Source: a virus
Lineage: Duplodnaviria; Caudoviricetes
Reading direction: 5' to 3' (one strand)
Length of the DNA stretch: 64,000 bases
Virus record (IMG/VR): IMGVR_UViG_2795386114_000004
Coordinates: 4,641-68,640 of that record
How positions within the stretch are numbered: the stretch's first letter is position 1; each line of letters opens with the position of its first letter. Under the pieces are notes generated by a model. It did no database searches and was not told the DNA's origin. It saw only the letters and a list, made by a program, of their open reading frames with translations. Positions 34,338 through 43,651 of the stretch are shown piece by piece. A program made the translations under genes and the position numbers.

Positions 34338-35621
34338 ATGCGTAACCCCTTCCGGCGCTTGGGCTGGACACGCGGCGGCAACGGAGCGGCCCGGGCGGCC
34401 GCCGAGCAGCGGGACCTGGGTCCCGGTGACGTCTCATGGCCGGTGGATGACCTGGCGGCGCCAGCCGCGGTGTCCGAGCACGGCGCGCTGCGGCTCACCC
34501 CGGTGTTCGCCGCAGGGCGCCTGCTGTCGACCTCAGTGTCATCGCTGCCGATTCAGCAGTACCGGCGTGTCGGGGATGCCACGGCGAAGTTGCCGCTCAA
34601 CTCGCTGTTCCAGTCACCCTCGTCGCAGGGCACCATTGACGACTGGCTGAAGCGGGCCATGACCTCGCTGGTCTACCGGGGCAATGCGGTCGGCTTGGTG
34701 ACGGAGCGGGACTGGCTGGAGTTCCCGACCCGGATCGAGTGGCTGAACCCGGCCCACGTGTTCGTGCAGGACAGCATGCCGTTGGGCCAGCGCGGCTCGT
34801 TCACGGATCCGGTGTGGTCGTACTGCGGGGTCGAGATCCCGGCGTACGACATCGTGCACATCCCCTGGATGACCATGCCGGGCCGCGTGTGGGGCCTCTC
34901 GCCCATCGCCGCCTACGCGGTCACCGTATCGACGGGCCTCGCGGCGCAGCAGTTCGTCGACGACTACTTCCGGGCCGGCGGCCAGCCGCCCGGCCACTTC
35001 CGCAACACCCAGCAGACCGTGGACCAGAAGGACGCCCGCATCATCAAGCGGCGCCTGGTGCAGTCGATCCGGTCGCACGAGCCGATCGTGTACGGCAAGG
35101 ACTGGGACTACACGCCGATCACGATCAGCATCCAGGAAGCCCAGTTCTGCGAGACGCAGCGGCTGACCGCGACGCAGATCGCCGCGATTTACGGCATCCC
35201 GCCCGAGAAGATCGGCGGCGAGACCGGCGGCTCCTACACCTACAGCTCGCCCGAGCAGCGGCAGATCGAGTTCATCCAGGACGCCCTGCTGCCCTACCTG
35301 GTGAGCCTGGAGAACCACCTGAGCGCGCTGCTGCCGCGCGGCCAGTACATCAAGTTCAACGCCGACGCCCTGATCCGCGTGGACATCCTCACCCGGCACT
35401 CCGTGTACGAGAAGCAGCGCCTCATCGGCTCGGCCAACCTCGACGAGATCCGCGCCCTCGAGGACCAGGCTCCGCTGCCCGACGGCAAGGGCCAGGACTA
35501 CACGCCGCTGCCCATCCAGGCCGGCGCCAACATCACCGTCCCACAGATCCGCGGCGACCGTCCGCCCCACGATCCGGGGCTTCGCCTCGTCACCACCCCG
35601 AGGGGGAGGAACCATGGTTGA
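34338..35621 (+). CDS. HK97-family portal protein
   Basis: VSSLPI..LVYRGNA..GLSPI..QFCETQRLTATQIAAIYGIPP..NLDEIRALED. Confidence 0.95.
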   Translation: MRNPFRRLGWTRGGNGAARAAAEQRDLGPGDVSWPVDDLAAPAAVSEHGALRLTPVFAAGRLLSTSVSSLPIQQYRRVGDATAKLPLNSLFQSPSSQGTIDDWLKRAMTSLVYRGNAVGLVTERDWLEFPTRIEWLNPAHVFVQDSMPLGQRGSFTDPVWSYCGVEIPAYDIVHIPWMTMPGRVWGLSPIAAYAVTVSTGLAAQQFVDDYFRAGGQPPGHFRNTQQTVDQKDARIIKRRLVQSIRSHEPIVYGKDWDYTPITISIQEAQFCETQRLTATQIAAIYGIPPEKIGGETGGSYTYSSPEQRQIEFIQDALLPYLVSLENHLSALLPRGQYIKFNADALIRVDILTRHSVYEKQRLIGSANLDEIRALEDQAPLPDGKGQDYTPLPIQAGANITVPQIRGDRPPHDPGLRLVTTPRGRNHG

Positions 35622-36678
35622 CCGTCTACAGCTGCGGGACTCGCCGGAGCGCCGCGGTATCGCGTCCGGGCAGTTCGAGCTGCGCGCGCAGGGCGGGCAG
35701 TTGCTGCTCACCGGCTACGCCAGCGTGTTCAACAAGCCGTACGACGTGTACGGCGGCCCTCCGTACGGCTGGACGGAAGACGTCGACCCGCACGCGTTCG
35801 ACGTCACCCTCGGGGCCCGTGCGGACGCGCACCTGCTCATCAACCACGAGGGCATGCCGTTGGCCCGCACCAAGTCCGGAACGCTGAAGCTGTCGACGGA
35901 CACGACCGGCCTGCACGTGGAAGCCGGCCTGGACCCGTCCGACCCGGACGTGCAGCGGCTCGTGCCGAAGATGGGCCGCGGCGACATGGACGAAATGAGC
36001 TTCGGCTTCCGCGTCAAGAACGACGAGTGGAATGAGGACTACACCCAGCGCCGCCTGCTGGAGGTCTCCCTCCACAAGGGCGACGTGTCCGTGGTCAACT
36101 TCGGCGCCAACCCGGCCACTTCGGTGCAGCTCAACAGTCTCCGTGGCGCGCTCGAAGTGCTGAACGGCATGGAGTACGACGCAGCAGTCGGTGAGGTTCG
36201 GTCGGTGGGTGGCCAGGACGTCTTCGCCGAGGTCAGCCAGGCTCGCGACGTGCTAGTGAAGCTACTCCGCGAGATCGCACCGAAGAAGGTCTCGGGAGAT
36301 CGTCTCTCTCTCGTTCAGGCACGCGCCATCGCCGAGGCAGGGGGCGACCTCGATGTGAAGACCGCGCCGCAGATCCCGTCGCACAGCACATCCGTCACCA
36401 ACGACGCCTTCGACCGCAGGGACGCCGCCGCCGGCGCGGCGAGCGCGGCCGGCCGGCCGGTCGTCCTGCGCTACATGCACGCCTGGGTCGACCCCGACGG
36501 CGACGAGAACGACCCCTCCAGCTACCGGTTCGCACACCACGAGCCGCGCATCGGGGCCCCGGCGCACCTGCCCGCCGTCCGGCACGCGCTGTCGCTGCTC
36601 CCGCAGTCCGACATGCCCGCGGAGCAGAAGGCCGCCATCGAACGGCATCTGCGCCGCCACCTCGACGACGCCGACTGA
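35614..36678 (+). CDS. HK97-family prohead protease with C-terminal extension
   Basis: GYASVFN, LLINH, EMSFGF, DVSVVNFGANPAT. Confidence 0.92.
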   Translation: MVDRLQLRDSPERRGIASGQFELRAQGGQLLLTGYASVFNKPYDVYGGPPYGWTEDVDPHAFDVTLGARADAHLLINHEGMPLARTKSGTLKLSTDTTGLHVEAGLDPSDPDVQRLVPKMGRGDMDEMSFGFRVKNDEWNEDYTQRRLLEVSLHKGDVSVVNFGANPATSVQLNSLRGALEVLNGMEYDAAVGEVRSVGGQDVFAEVSQARDVLVKLLREIAPKKVSGDRLSLVQARAIAEAGGDLDVKTAPQIPSHSTSVTNDAFDRRDAAAGAASAAGRPVVLRYMHAWVDPDGDENDPSSYRFAHHEPRIGAPAHLPAVRHALSLLPQSDMPAEQKAAIERHLRRHLDDAD

Positions 36679-36812
36679 CCGGCGCCACCTGAGTTTCCCG
36701 TGACCCAGCTCGGGTCACGGCCGCTGTCGCCCGCCTGGCACTGGCGCTCGACGGCTCATCACGGCCTGGCACTGGCCGCCGTCATGATCCGTAACGCCAG
36801 AAAGGCACGCTC

Positions 36813-38204
36813 ATGGATGAGCGATTCCGGCGGCTTGTCGCCCGGCGCGAGCAGACCGCCCGCGAGCGCGAGGAGATCCTCGCCAAGCGCAAGGCCATCA
36901 CCGACCTCGCTGAGGAGGAGGCCCGCGAGGACCTCCTCCCGGAAGAGGACGCCGAGTTCCGAGAGCTGACCTCTCAGGTCGCGGCGAAGGACGACGAGCT
37001 GCGTCAGCTCGACGAGCGCATCTCGGAGCTGTCAGAGGAGGCCGAGCGCAACCGGACCGTCACTGAAGGCGCGAAGGCCGTCCAGCGGGCCAAGGCCCGC
37101 GTCACCTCCGTCAACGAGGCCCGCATCTACGAGAAGGGCAACGGCCGTTCCTACCTCCAGGACCTGGCCCGAGTCCAGCTCAACATGGACGCCGACGGCG
37201 GCGCCCGCGACCGGCTCGTCCGGCACGCCCAGGACGTCGCGACCGACCCGGAGTACCGCGACCTCAACCGCACCGACGGCAACGGCGGCTACTTCGTCCC
37301 GCCGCTGTGGCTGATGGATCAGTACATCGAGCTCGCCCGCGCCGGACGCGCGTACGCGAACGTCGTGAACAACCAGCCCCTGCCCGGCGGCACCGACTCG
37401 ATCAACATCCCGAAGGTCGCCACCGGCACGGCCACCGGGACCCAGACGGCAGACAACGGTGCCGTTCAGGAGACTGACGCCACCGACACGTTCATCAACG
37501 CCCCGGTCCGCACAATCGCCGGCCAGCAGGACGTCGCCATCCAGCTCCTGGACCAGAGCCCCGTCTCCTTCGACGAGGTCATCTTCCGCGACCTGGTCGC
37601 CGACTACGCCACGAAGACCGACCTCCAGGTCATCTCCGGCTCCGGTTCTTCCGGCCAGGTCACCGGCGTGCGCGCCACGTCCGGCATCACCACCATCACG
37701 TACACCGACGCGACGCCCACCGTCGCCAAGCTGTACTCGAAGATCGCTGACGCGGTGCAGCGGGTCCACACCCTCCGCTTCATGGCTCCGACTGCGATCG
37801 TGATGCACCCTCGCCGGTGGGCGTCCCTGCTCGCCGCGTCCGACTCCAACGGGCGCCCCCTGGTCGTCCCCGAGGCGGGCAACCCGCAGAACGCGGTCGC
37901 CACCCTCGGCGTCGTCGGCTCCCAGCAGGTCGTCGGCCAGATGCACGGCCTGCCCGTCATCACCGACCCGTCCATGCCGACCAACCTCGGCGCCGGCACC
38001 AACGAGGACGTCGTCCACGTCATCCGGGCCAGCGACATCCTCCTGTACGAGTCGGGCATCCGCTCCCGCGTCCTGCCAGAGGTCGGCTCCGGCAACCTCA
38101 CCGTGCGCCTCCAGATCTACGGCTACCTCGCCTTCACCGCGGCCCGCTACCCGGCGTCCGTGGTGGAGATCGGCGGCACCGGCCTGGTCGCGCCGTCGTT
38201 CTGA
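36813..38204 (+). CDS. HK97-fold major capsid protein with N-terminal coiled-coil (delta) domain
   Basis: Coiled-coil N-terminus; GGYFVPP; IVMHPRRW..DSNGRP. Confidence 0.95.
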   Translation: MDERFRRLVARREQTAREREEILAKRKAITDLAEEEAREDLLPEEDAEFRELTSQVAAKDDELRQLDERISELSEEAERNRTVTEGAKAVQRAKARVTSVNEARIYEKGNGRSYLQDLARVQLNMDADGGARDRLVRHAQDVATDPEYRDLNRTDGNGGYFVPPLWLMDQYIELARAGRAYANVVNNQPLPGGTDSINIPKVATGTATGTQTADNGAVQETDATDTFINAPVRTIAGQQDVAIQLLDQSPVSFDEVIFRDLVADYATKTDLQVISGSGSSGQVTGVRATSGITTITYTDATPTVAKLYSKIADAVQRVHTLRFMAPTAIVMHPRRWASLLAASDSNGRPLVVPEAGNPQNAVATLGVVGSQQVVGQMHGLPVITDPSMPTNLGAGTNEDVVHVIRASDILLYESGIRSRVLPEVGSGNLTVRLQIYGYLAFTAARYPASVVEIGGTGLVAPSF

Positions 38205-38213
38205 TCCACTCCG

Positions 38214-38237
38214 GGGGCCGGGCTGGCGCCCGGCCCC
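38214..38237 (+). terminator. Hairpin after the capsid gene
   Basis: GGGGCCGGGC-TGGC-GCCCGGCCCC. Confidence 0.6.
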
Positions 38238-38255
38238 TTCCAGGACAGGAGCTCC

Positions 38256-38756
38256 ATGCACGACGAGCAGCAGTTCACACGGCACGCCGACCCCGGCTGG
38301 TTGTCGTGGGACGAGTGGTCGCCCGAGCAGGACTTCTGCCGGTTCGTCGGCATGCTCCAACGCATGCTCCAGCCCCACACCGTTCTGGAGACCGGTGTGG
38401 GCATCGGCCGGGTCACCAGCCACCTCGACCTGACGGCCTGCGAGTACCTCGGCTTCGAATCGAACCCGCAGTGGCGCCAGCCGCCTGCCAGCTGCGATGC
38501 GCCGGGACCGGCGGCCGCGCAGATGGCGGCCGCCGACCTGGTCATCCTCGACAGCGACATCGAGGTCCGGTTCGCGGAGATCGCACTGTGGGCCGAGCAC
38601 GGCAAGCCCGGCTCGGTGGTCCTCGTGCACGACGCCGGGAACGGCCACCACGCGGCGACCGTGCACGCGCAGATCGGGTTCGCGTGTGCGCAGACCAACC
38701 AGCCCGGAATGATCCTCCGTAACCCGCGGGGCGCGTGGCTGGGGATCCACTCGTGA
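38256..38756 (+). CDS. Class I SAM-dependent methyltransferase-like protein
   Basis: QPHTVLETGVGIG, DLVILDS, KPGSVVLVHD. Confidence 0.75.
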   Translation: MHDEQQFTRHADPGWLSWDEWSPEQDFCRFVGMLQRMLQPHTVLETGVGIGRVTSHLDLTACEYLGFESNPQWRQPPASCDAPGPAAAQMAAADLVILDSDIEVRFAEIALWAEHGKPGSVVLVHDAGNGHHAATVHAQIGFACAQTNQPGMILRNPRGAWLGIHS

Positions 38757-38800
38757 CTGATTTTCCGCGCCAGACTTATGCTGCGTCTCCCACTGCCACG

Positions 38801-39100
38801 ATGGGCAGCATGACAACGAAGTGGCAGTACGGCGAGCTCAAGGTCAACTACCCACCAGACGGGACCGCCACCGGCACCTGGGGAGACGGCACGAACGCCG
38901 AGTCGTTCGACGGTCTCCTGTACCTGGCCAAGCTCAACGAGCTCGGCCATGAAGGTTGGGAGCTGGTGAGCACCTCGGCGGACCGTTGGACAGTCAACCT
39001 GACACCGCCCCCCGACACGATGTACGGGCCATCCCCGGTTCAGCCGCCGCTCGAATTTCGCTCTCTTACTTACACCCTGAAGCGCTCCTACATCGCGTAG
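38801..39100 (+). CDS. DUF4177-like small protein (moron)
   Basis: KWQY...LNELGHEGWELVS...YTLKR. Confidence 0.7.
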   Translation: MGSMTTKWQYGELKVNYPPDGTATGTWGDGTNAESFDGLLYLAKLNELGHEGWELVSTSADRWTVNLTPPPDTMYGPSPVQPPLEFRSLTYTLKRSYIA

Positions 39101-39145
39101 TCCCTGCCCAGTCCGCACGTGCGGCCCGACCTTTGGGGGGCCGCC

Positions 39146-39847
39146 GTGCGCGTAATCGGCCTGCTGTCCTGGTACGAGGAACCAGCCTCCTGGCTCGCCG
39201 AGTGCGTGGCCGGTCTGGCCCAGCTCTGCGATCACCTCATTGCCGTTGACGGCCCCTACGCCCAGTTCCCCGGCGCGATCCGCAAGCCTGCATCCGGATC
39301 CGAGCAGGCCGACACGATCGCCCGGGCCGCGGCGGGCGCAGGCGTCGGCTGCACCATCCACGTCCCCCGTCAGCCGTGGTGGGGCAACGAGGTCGAGAAG
39401 CGGGACTACATGTTCCGCCTGGCGATGACGATGGCGCAGCCCGGCGTGGACTGGCTGCTGCGGGTCGACGCCGACGAGGTGTTCACCCGGGTGCCGTCCG
39501 ACACCCGGGCGCTACTCGCCGGGACGGACCGCGACGTCGCCGAGGTCACGATGTGGGAGCGCGGGGTCGACGACGGCCAGGACTCACAGTTCCCGATCCG
39601 CGTCGCCTTCCGGGCCCTACCCGGCATCCGCATCCAGCAGGCCCACTACGTCGTCACCGTGCCCGGCCTCGACGGCGGCACGCGGGTCCTGGTCGGCAAC
39701 GACACCGTGCACAAGGCCGAACTGGCGCTGCCGTTGTGGGACGTCCGCCTGGAGCACCGCACCCGGCAGAGGCCCGCGATGCGCCGGGCTGCGAAGGACC
39801 AGTACTACGCCCAACTCCCCGAGATTGAGCAGGTGAGCCAGCTGTGA
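39146..39847 (+). CDS. GT-A fold (family 2-like) glycosyltransferase
   Basis: LLSWYEE..LCDHLIAVDG..DWLLRVDADE (DxD)..LEH. Confidence 0.8.
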   Translation: MRVIGLLSWYEEPASWLAECVAGLAQLCDHLIAVDGPYAQFPGAIRKPASGSEQADTIARAAAGAGVGCTIHVPRQPWWGNEVEKRDYMFRLAMTMAQPGVDWLLRVDADEVFTRVPSDTRALLAGTDRDVAEVTMWERGVDDGQDSQFPIRVAFRALPGIRIQQAHYVVTVPGLDGGTRVLVGNDTVHKAELALPLWDVRLEHRTRQRPAMRRAAKDQYYAQLPEIEQVSQL

Positions 39848-40164
39848 AGGCCATCGACGACCGCTACAAGGCAGCGATGATCGACGAGTACGAGTCGTAC
39901 ATGCGCGCCAAGCGCACCAAGGACGCCCAGCACGTCGCGAAGACGCTGCTCGACACCTACGGCTACGACGTCACCGCGCAGGAAGAGCCCGAGAAGGAGC
40001 AGGCCGCCGAGCCGTCGGTGGCTCCGGAGACCACCGCCGCCGCTCCGCCGCCGGAGGCCGCGGTGGAGCCAAAGGCGCAGGCCCCCCAGCCGAAGACCAA
40101 CCAGCCCCGCACCGCGGCGAAGAAGGCGGCCCCGTCGAAGCCCGCCGCGTCGAAGAACAACTGA
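39844..40164 (+). CDS. Small virion-region protein with Ala/Pro/Lys-rich tail
   Basis: GTGA coupling to the glycosyltransferase; APETTAAAPPPE..AAKKAAP. Confidence 0.7.
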   Translation: MKAIDDRYKAAMIDEYESYMRAKRTKDAQHVAKTLLDTYGYDVTAQEEPEKEQAAEPSVAPETTAAAPPPEAAVEPKAQAPQPKTNQPRTAAKKAAPSKPAASKNN

Positions 40165-40214
40165 CCCCACCCACTGATGACGGCCTGGCCCTCGACCCCT
40201 TCTGGAGGTGGCCC

Positions 40215-40760
40215 GTGGGCGTGGTGAGCCTCGCTGACGTCAAGAAGCAGCTGAACATCGCGGCCGACGACACCAGCGACGACGTCGAGCTTCAGGGATA
40301 CATCGACGCTGCGACCGTCCCGATCGAGGATCAGCTCGGCCAGGCCGTCGAGCAGCGGACGTTCACCGACCGGCTGACGCTGCCCAGCGGCGGCGTGCGT
40401 CACTTCCTCCTGGAGACCGTGCCCGTGGTGTCCCTGACGTCGGTGGCGTCCGTCGACGGAACCACCACGTGGGACGTCTCCGGCCTGGACGTCGACGGGC
40501 CGTCCGGGGAAGTCACCGTGGTCAGCGGCTCGTTCGTACGCGGCCAAGTCGACGTGACCTACGTGGCTGGTCCCTCGACCGTCCAGCCGAACGTCCGGCT
40601 CGCCGGGCTGATCATCATTCAGCACCTGTGGGAGACGCAGCGCGGAGCCATGGGTGTCCAGCTGGGCGGCGACAACGAACCGTGGATGCCCGGCCGGGGC
40701 TTCGCGATCCCACGCCGCGCACTCGAACTGCTCGGCCCACCACTCCCTGGAGTTGCCTGA
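40215..40760 (+). CDS. Head-tail connector (gp6-like adaptor)
   Basis: VSLADVKKQLNI..DDVELQGYIDAAT..VTYVAG..IIQHLWETQR. Confidence 0.85.
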   Translation: MGVVSLADVKKQLNIAADDTSDDVELQGYIDAATVPIEDQLGQAVEQRTFTDRLTLPSGGVRHFLLETVPVVSLTSVASVDGTTTWDVSGLDVDGPSGEVTVVSGSFVRGQVDVTYVAGPSTVQPNVRLAGLIIIQHLWETQRGAMGVQLGGDNEPWMPGRGFAIPRRALELLGPPLPGVA

Positions 40761-41218
40761 TGCCCTGGACCTCGAAGGTGCCTGACGCCGTCGATGCCCT
40801 CTTTGCCGCCCTGAAGATCGCCAGCGAGCTGCAGGGCGTCACCGTCCGGGACGGGGCCTCCACCTCGCAGGCGAAGGTCATGGAGATCGTGTCCGTCGGC
40901 TACACCGGTGAAGAGGCCCAGACCGACGTCGAAGCCACCCTGACCCCCGAGGGTCTCGCGCGGGCAACAGACCGGGAGCGGTTCACGATCCGCTGCGCGG
41001 TCGCCGTCCTCAAGGGCAGCACCGACCTCCCGGCCGCGCGTCGGCGCGCCTACGAGCTGCTCGCCGCGGTCGGCGACGTGCTGGCCCGTGACCGCACCCT
41101 CGGTGGAACCGTGCTCCGAGCGATGATCGGCACGCATTCCCTCAACCAGGACCAGACCGACGGCGGCGCCCAGGCCGTCATCGTGTTCGGCGTCGACTGC
41201 GAAGCCTTCAGCCGCTAG
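40760..41218 (+). CDS. Putative tail completion/terminator protein
   Basis: TGATG coupling; position; DRTLGGTV. Confidence 0.65.
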   Translation: MPWTSKVPDAVDALFAALKIASELQGVTVRDGASTSQAKVMEIVSVGYTGEEAQTDVEATLTPEGLARATDRERFTIRCAVAVLKGSTDLPAARRRAYELLAAVGDVLARDRTLGGTVLRAMIGTHSLNQDQTDGGAQAVIVFGVDCEAFSR

Positions 41219-41433
41219 GACTTGGCCCAGCCCCGGCGGAAGCCTGCGGCGAAGCGCCGGCCGAGGACGACGAGTACGCGGACGATGCCGGCCACAACCG
41301 CGAGCGTGACCGCGGCGTAGAGGACGGCGAGGACGGCGAGCACCACGAGCCCGGCGAAGCCGTGGCCCTCATGTGCGACGTCGTGCCAGCCCCAAGACGG
41401 GGCCGTGACGAACCAGAAGCGAAGAACCCCCAT
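41215..41433 (-). CDS. Small antisense membrane protein inserted in the late operon
   Basis: 72 aa, long hydrophobic helix, basic tail; convergent stop overlap. Confidence 0.55.
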   Translation of the reverse strand: MGVLRFWFVTAPSWGWHDVAHEGHGFAGLVVLAVLAVLYAAVTLAVVAGIVRVLVVLGRRFAAGFRRGWAKS

Positions 41434-41486
41434 GGCGGGATGGTCCCGTGCGGCTGAGGAGCCGTCAACCAGAACAGGAGCAGTGA

Positions 41487-41840
41487 ATGGCCACGCTCAC
41501 AACGCGGGTCGTCCCGCACGCGGGTCTCGTCGTTGACCGAACCACCGACTATGCGTCCGCGTCCGGGGGCGGTGACGCGTGCGCGACCGGATCCGGTGTC
41601 GTCCTGCACGTGATCAACGGGGACGCGGCGTCGAAGACAGTCACGCTGAACGTGCCGACCGCGACGAAGATCGACGGTGACCTGAGCATCAGCAACCGGG
41701 CGGTGGTGATCGCGGCGGGCAAGGACGCGCTCATCCCGGTCGGGGATCTGTTTGCCGATCCGACGACTGGCCTGGCGTCCATCACGTACTCGGCCGTCAC
41801 CAGCGTGAAGGTCGCCGTCCTCAGGATCCCGGCGTCATGA
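41487..41840 (+). CDS. Virion-region beta-rich protein
   Basis: AGGAG RBS; LHVINGDAASKTVT..ITYSAVTSV. Confidence 0.75.
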   Translation: MATLTTRVVPHAGLVVDRTTDYASASGGGDACATGSGVVLHVINGDAASKTVTLNVPTATKIDGDLSISNRAVVIAAGKDALIPVGDLFADPTTGLASITYSAVTSVKVAVLRIPAS

Positions 41841-42169
41841 ACGGCACCGTGTGGATGCGGCATCCCGAACTGCCGGAACACCAGCTCATCGAGGTGGCCG
41901 AGGAAGCCATCCCGCACCACTCGCGCAGCGGCTGGCAGGTCGTCGACCCGGAAACCGCTCAGGCCGCCGTCGCCGAGCGGCAGGCCACGTTCTCCCAGCC
42001 CGAGCCGGACAGCGTGGACGAGCCGGCCGTCGCTGGCCCCCGCGAGGCCCCAGAGGAAGAAGCGGCCGCCAAGGAGCCGGAGGCCGAGCCGAACCAGGAG
42101 GCGGAGCCCCAGGCCGAGGCCGCGCCCCCGAAGCGCCGCCGCCGCGCGGCCACCGCCGACCCCGAGTAG
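41837..42169 (+). CDS. Small acidic virion-region protein
   Basis: ATGA coupling; WMRHPELP..SGWQ; E/A/P-rich tail. Confidence 0.7.
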   Translation: MNGTVWMRHPELPEHQLIEVAEEAIPHHSRSGWQVVDPETAQAAVAERQATFSQPEPDSVDEPAVAGPREAPEEEAAAKEPEAEPNQEAEPQAEAAPPKRRRRAATADPE

Positions 42170-42189
42170 TCCCGCCCGCCCGAACCGCC

Positions 42190-42213
42190 AAGGCCCCGCA
42201 TCTGCGGGGCCTT
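42190..42213 (+). terminator. Hairpin upstream of the major tail gene
   Basis: AAGGCCCCGCA-TC-TGCGGGGCCTT. Confidence 0.5.
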
Positions 42214-42238
42214 TCGCATGACCACGAAAGGCCAGGCC

Positions 42239-42718
42239 ATGGTTGCCACCCCGATCGCGGCGACGAGCCGCTACATCCCGCCGGGCACCACGCACTACTA
42301 CTACGTCGCCAGCATCTCCAACAAGAACGCGCCGACCCGTCCCGAGCTCGACGCCGGCGTGGACCTCACCTCGGAGATCGCCGACGTGTCCGGTTTCTCG
42401 ACGACCTCGGAGCAGAAGGAAACCCCCGACCTCGGCTCGCGCTTCGTCAGCAAGATCCCCGGCCGGATCAGCGCCGACGACAGCTCGATCACGATGTACA
42501 TGTCGTCGACGTCCAGCGACGTGCGGACCCTTCTGCCCCGCGACACCGCCGGGTTCATCGTCGCGTTCTCCGAAGGGGACGTGGCCGGCCGGAAGATGGA
42601 CGTCTTCCCGATCAAGGTGTCCGCGCAGCCGAAGAAGCGCGACATCGAGGACGTCGCCACGATCGAGATCCAGTTCTCGATCACGTCGGTGCCCGCCGAG
42701 AACGTCACGGTGCCGTAG
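42239..42718 (+). CDS. Major tail (tube) protein
   Basis: APTRPELDAGVDLT..ETPDLGSRFVSKIPGR; position. Confidence 0.85.
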   Translation: MVATPIAATSRYIPPGTTHYYYVASISNKNAPTRPELDAGVDLTSEIADVSGFSTTSEQKETPDLGSRFVSKIPGRISADDSSITMYMSSTSSDVRTLLPRDTAGFIVAFSEGDVAGRKMDVFPIKVSAQPKKRDIEDVATIEIQFSITSVPAENVTVP

Positions 42719-42720
42719 CC

Positions 42721-43200
42721 GTGGCCGTGGACGTGGAGCTGCGGCGCGGCAGCGAGCTCGCGCGGATCTCCCGCGCGCTGAACCGTATGGACAACCCGGA
42801 GCTGAAGAAGCGGTTCCGAGGCGAACTGCGTGCCGCTGCGCAGCCGCTCGTGCCCCTCGTCCGCAACTCCATCAAGTCGATCCCGTCCCAGCGGCCCTAC
42901 AGCAGCGAGGGCCTGCGCGGCCGCATGGTCAAGGCCACCCGCCTCGAGGTCCGCACTGTGGGGCGGGACGCCGGTGTGGCGATCCGGGTCGACGGCCGCA
43001 AGATGCCCACCAAGATGAAGGCCCTGCCGAAGGGCATGGAGGGCACGAAGCGGTGGCGGCACCCCGTCTTCGGCAACCGCGAGGTGTGGGTCACCCAGCC
43101 GCCCCGCCCCTACTTCTTCCGCGTCGTACGCCCCGCCGGTGCCGCCTCACGCCGCGCCGCGAGCCGGGTCGTCGACTCCATCACCCGAGACATCACGTAG
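42721..43200 (+). CDS. HK97 gp10-like tail protein
   Basis: Basic; WRHPVFGNREVWVTQ..PYF. Confidence 0.75.
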   Translation: MAVDVELRRGSELARISRALNRMDNPELKKRFRGELRAAAQPLVPLVRNSIKSIPSQRPYSSEGLRGRMVKATRLEVRTVGRDAGVAIRVDGRKMPTKMKALPKGMEGTKRWRHPVFGNREVWVTQPPRPYFFRVVRPAGAASRRAASRVVDSITRDIT

Positions 43201-43207
43201 GAGACCC

Positions 43208-43651
43208 ATGTCCCTGACCGGAGCCCAGATCCTCGACGCCGACGACGTCCAGATCAAGCCGGTGCCCGTCCCCGAGTGGGGTGGCGACGTCCTCGTGCGC
43301 GGCCTGACGGGCATCGAACGCGACGCGTACGAGGCGTCCATCCAGCAGATCCGGCCCAAGCCGGACGGCACGAAGGAAGTCGTGTTCGTCCGCGACAACG
43401 CGCGCGCCCGCCTCCTGGTGAAGTGCCTCGTCGACGACCAGGGCGAGCGGCTCTTCAAGGACAGCGACGCCCCCGCGCTCGGCAAGAAGAACGGCGCGAT
43501 CATCGACAAGCTGTACGACGTCGCAGCTGAGCTGTCCGGCCTGTCCGACCAGGCACGTGAAGAGATCGAGGGAAACTCCGACGCCGCCCCGAGCGGCGAT
43601 TCCAGCTCCAGCTCGCCCGAGACCTCGGACGAACCCGAGCCGAGCTCCTGA
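43208..43651 (+). CDS. Tail assembly chaperone (G product)
   Basis: VPVPEWGGDVLVRGLTG..EEIEGN before the slippery site. Confidence 0.88.
   Translation: MSLTGAQILDADDVQIKPVPVPEWGGDVLVRGLTGIERDAYEASIQQIRPKPDGTKEVVFVRDNARARLLVKCLVDDQGERLFKDSDAPALGKKNGAIIDKLYDVAAELSGLSDQAREEIEGNSDAAPSGDSSSSSPETSDEPEPSS

Noticed and set aside
37032-38816. 594-aa minus-strand ORF and similar long antisense ORFs over terminase, portal and tape measure
   Set aside because: Typical stop-poor antisense frames of high-GC genes
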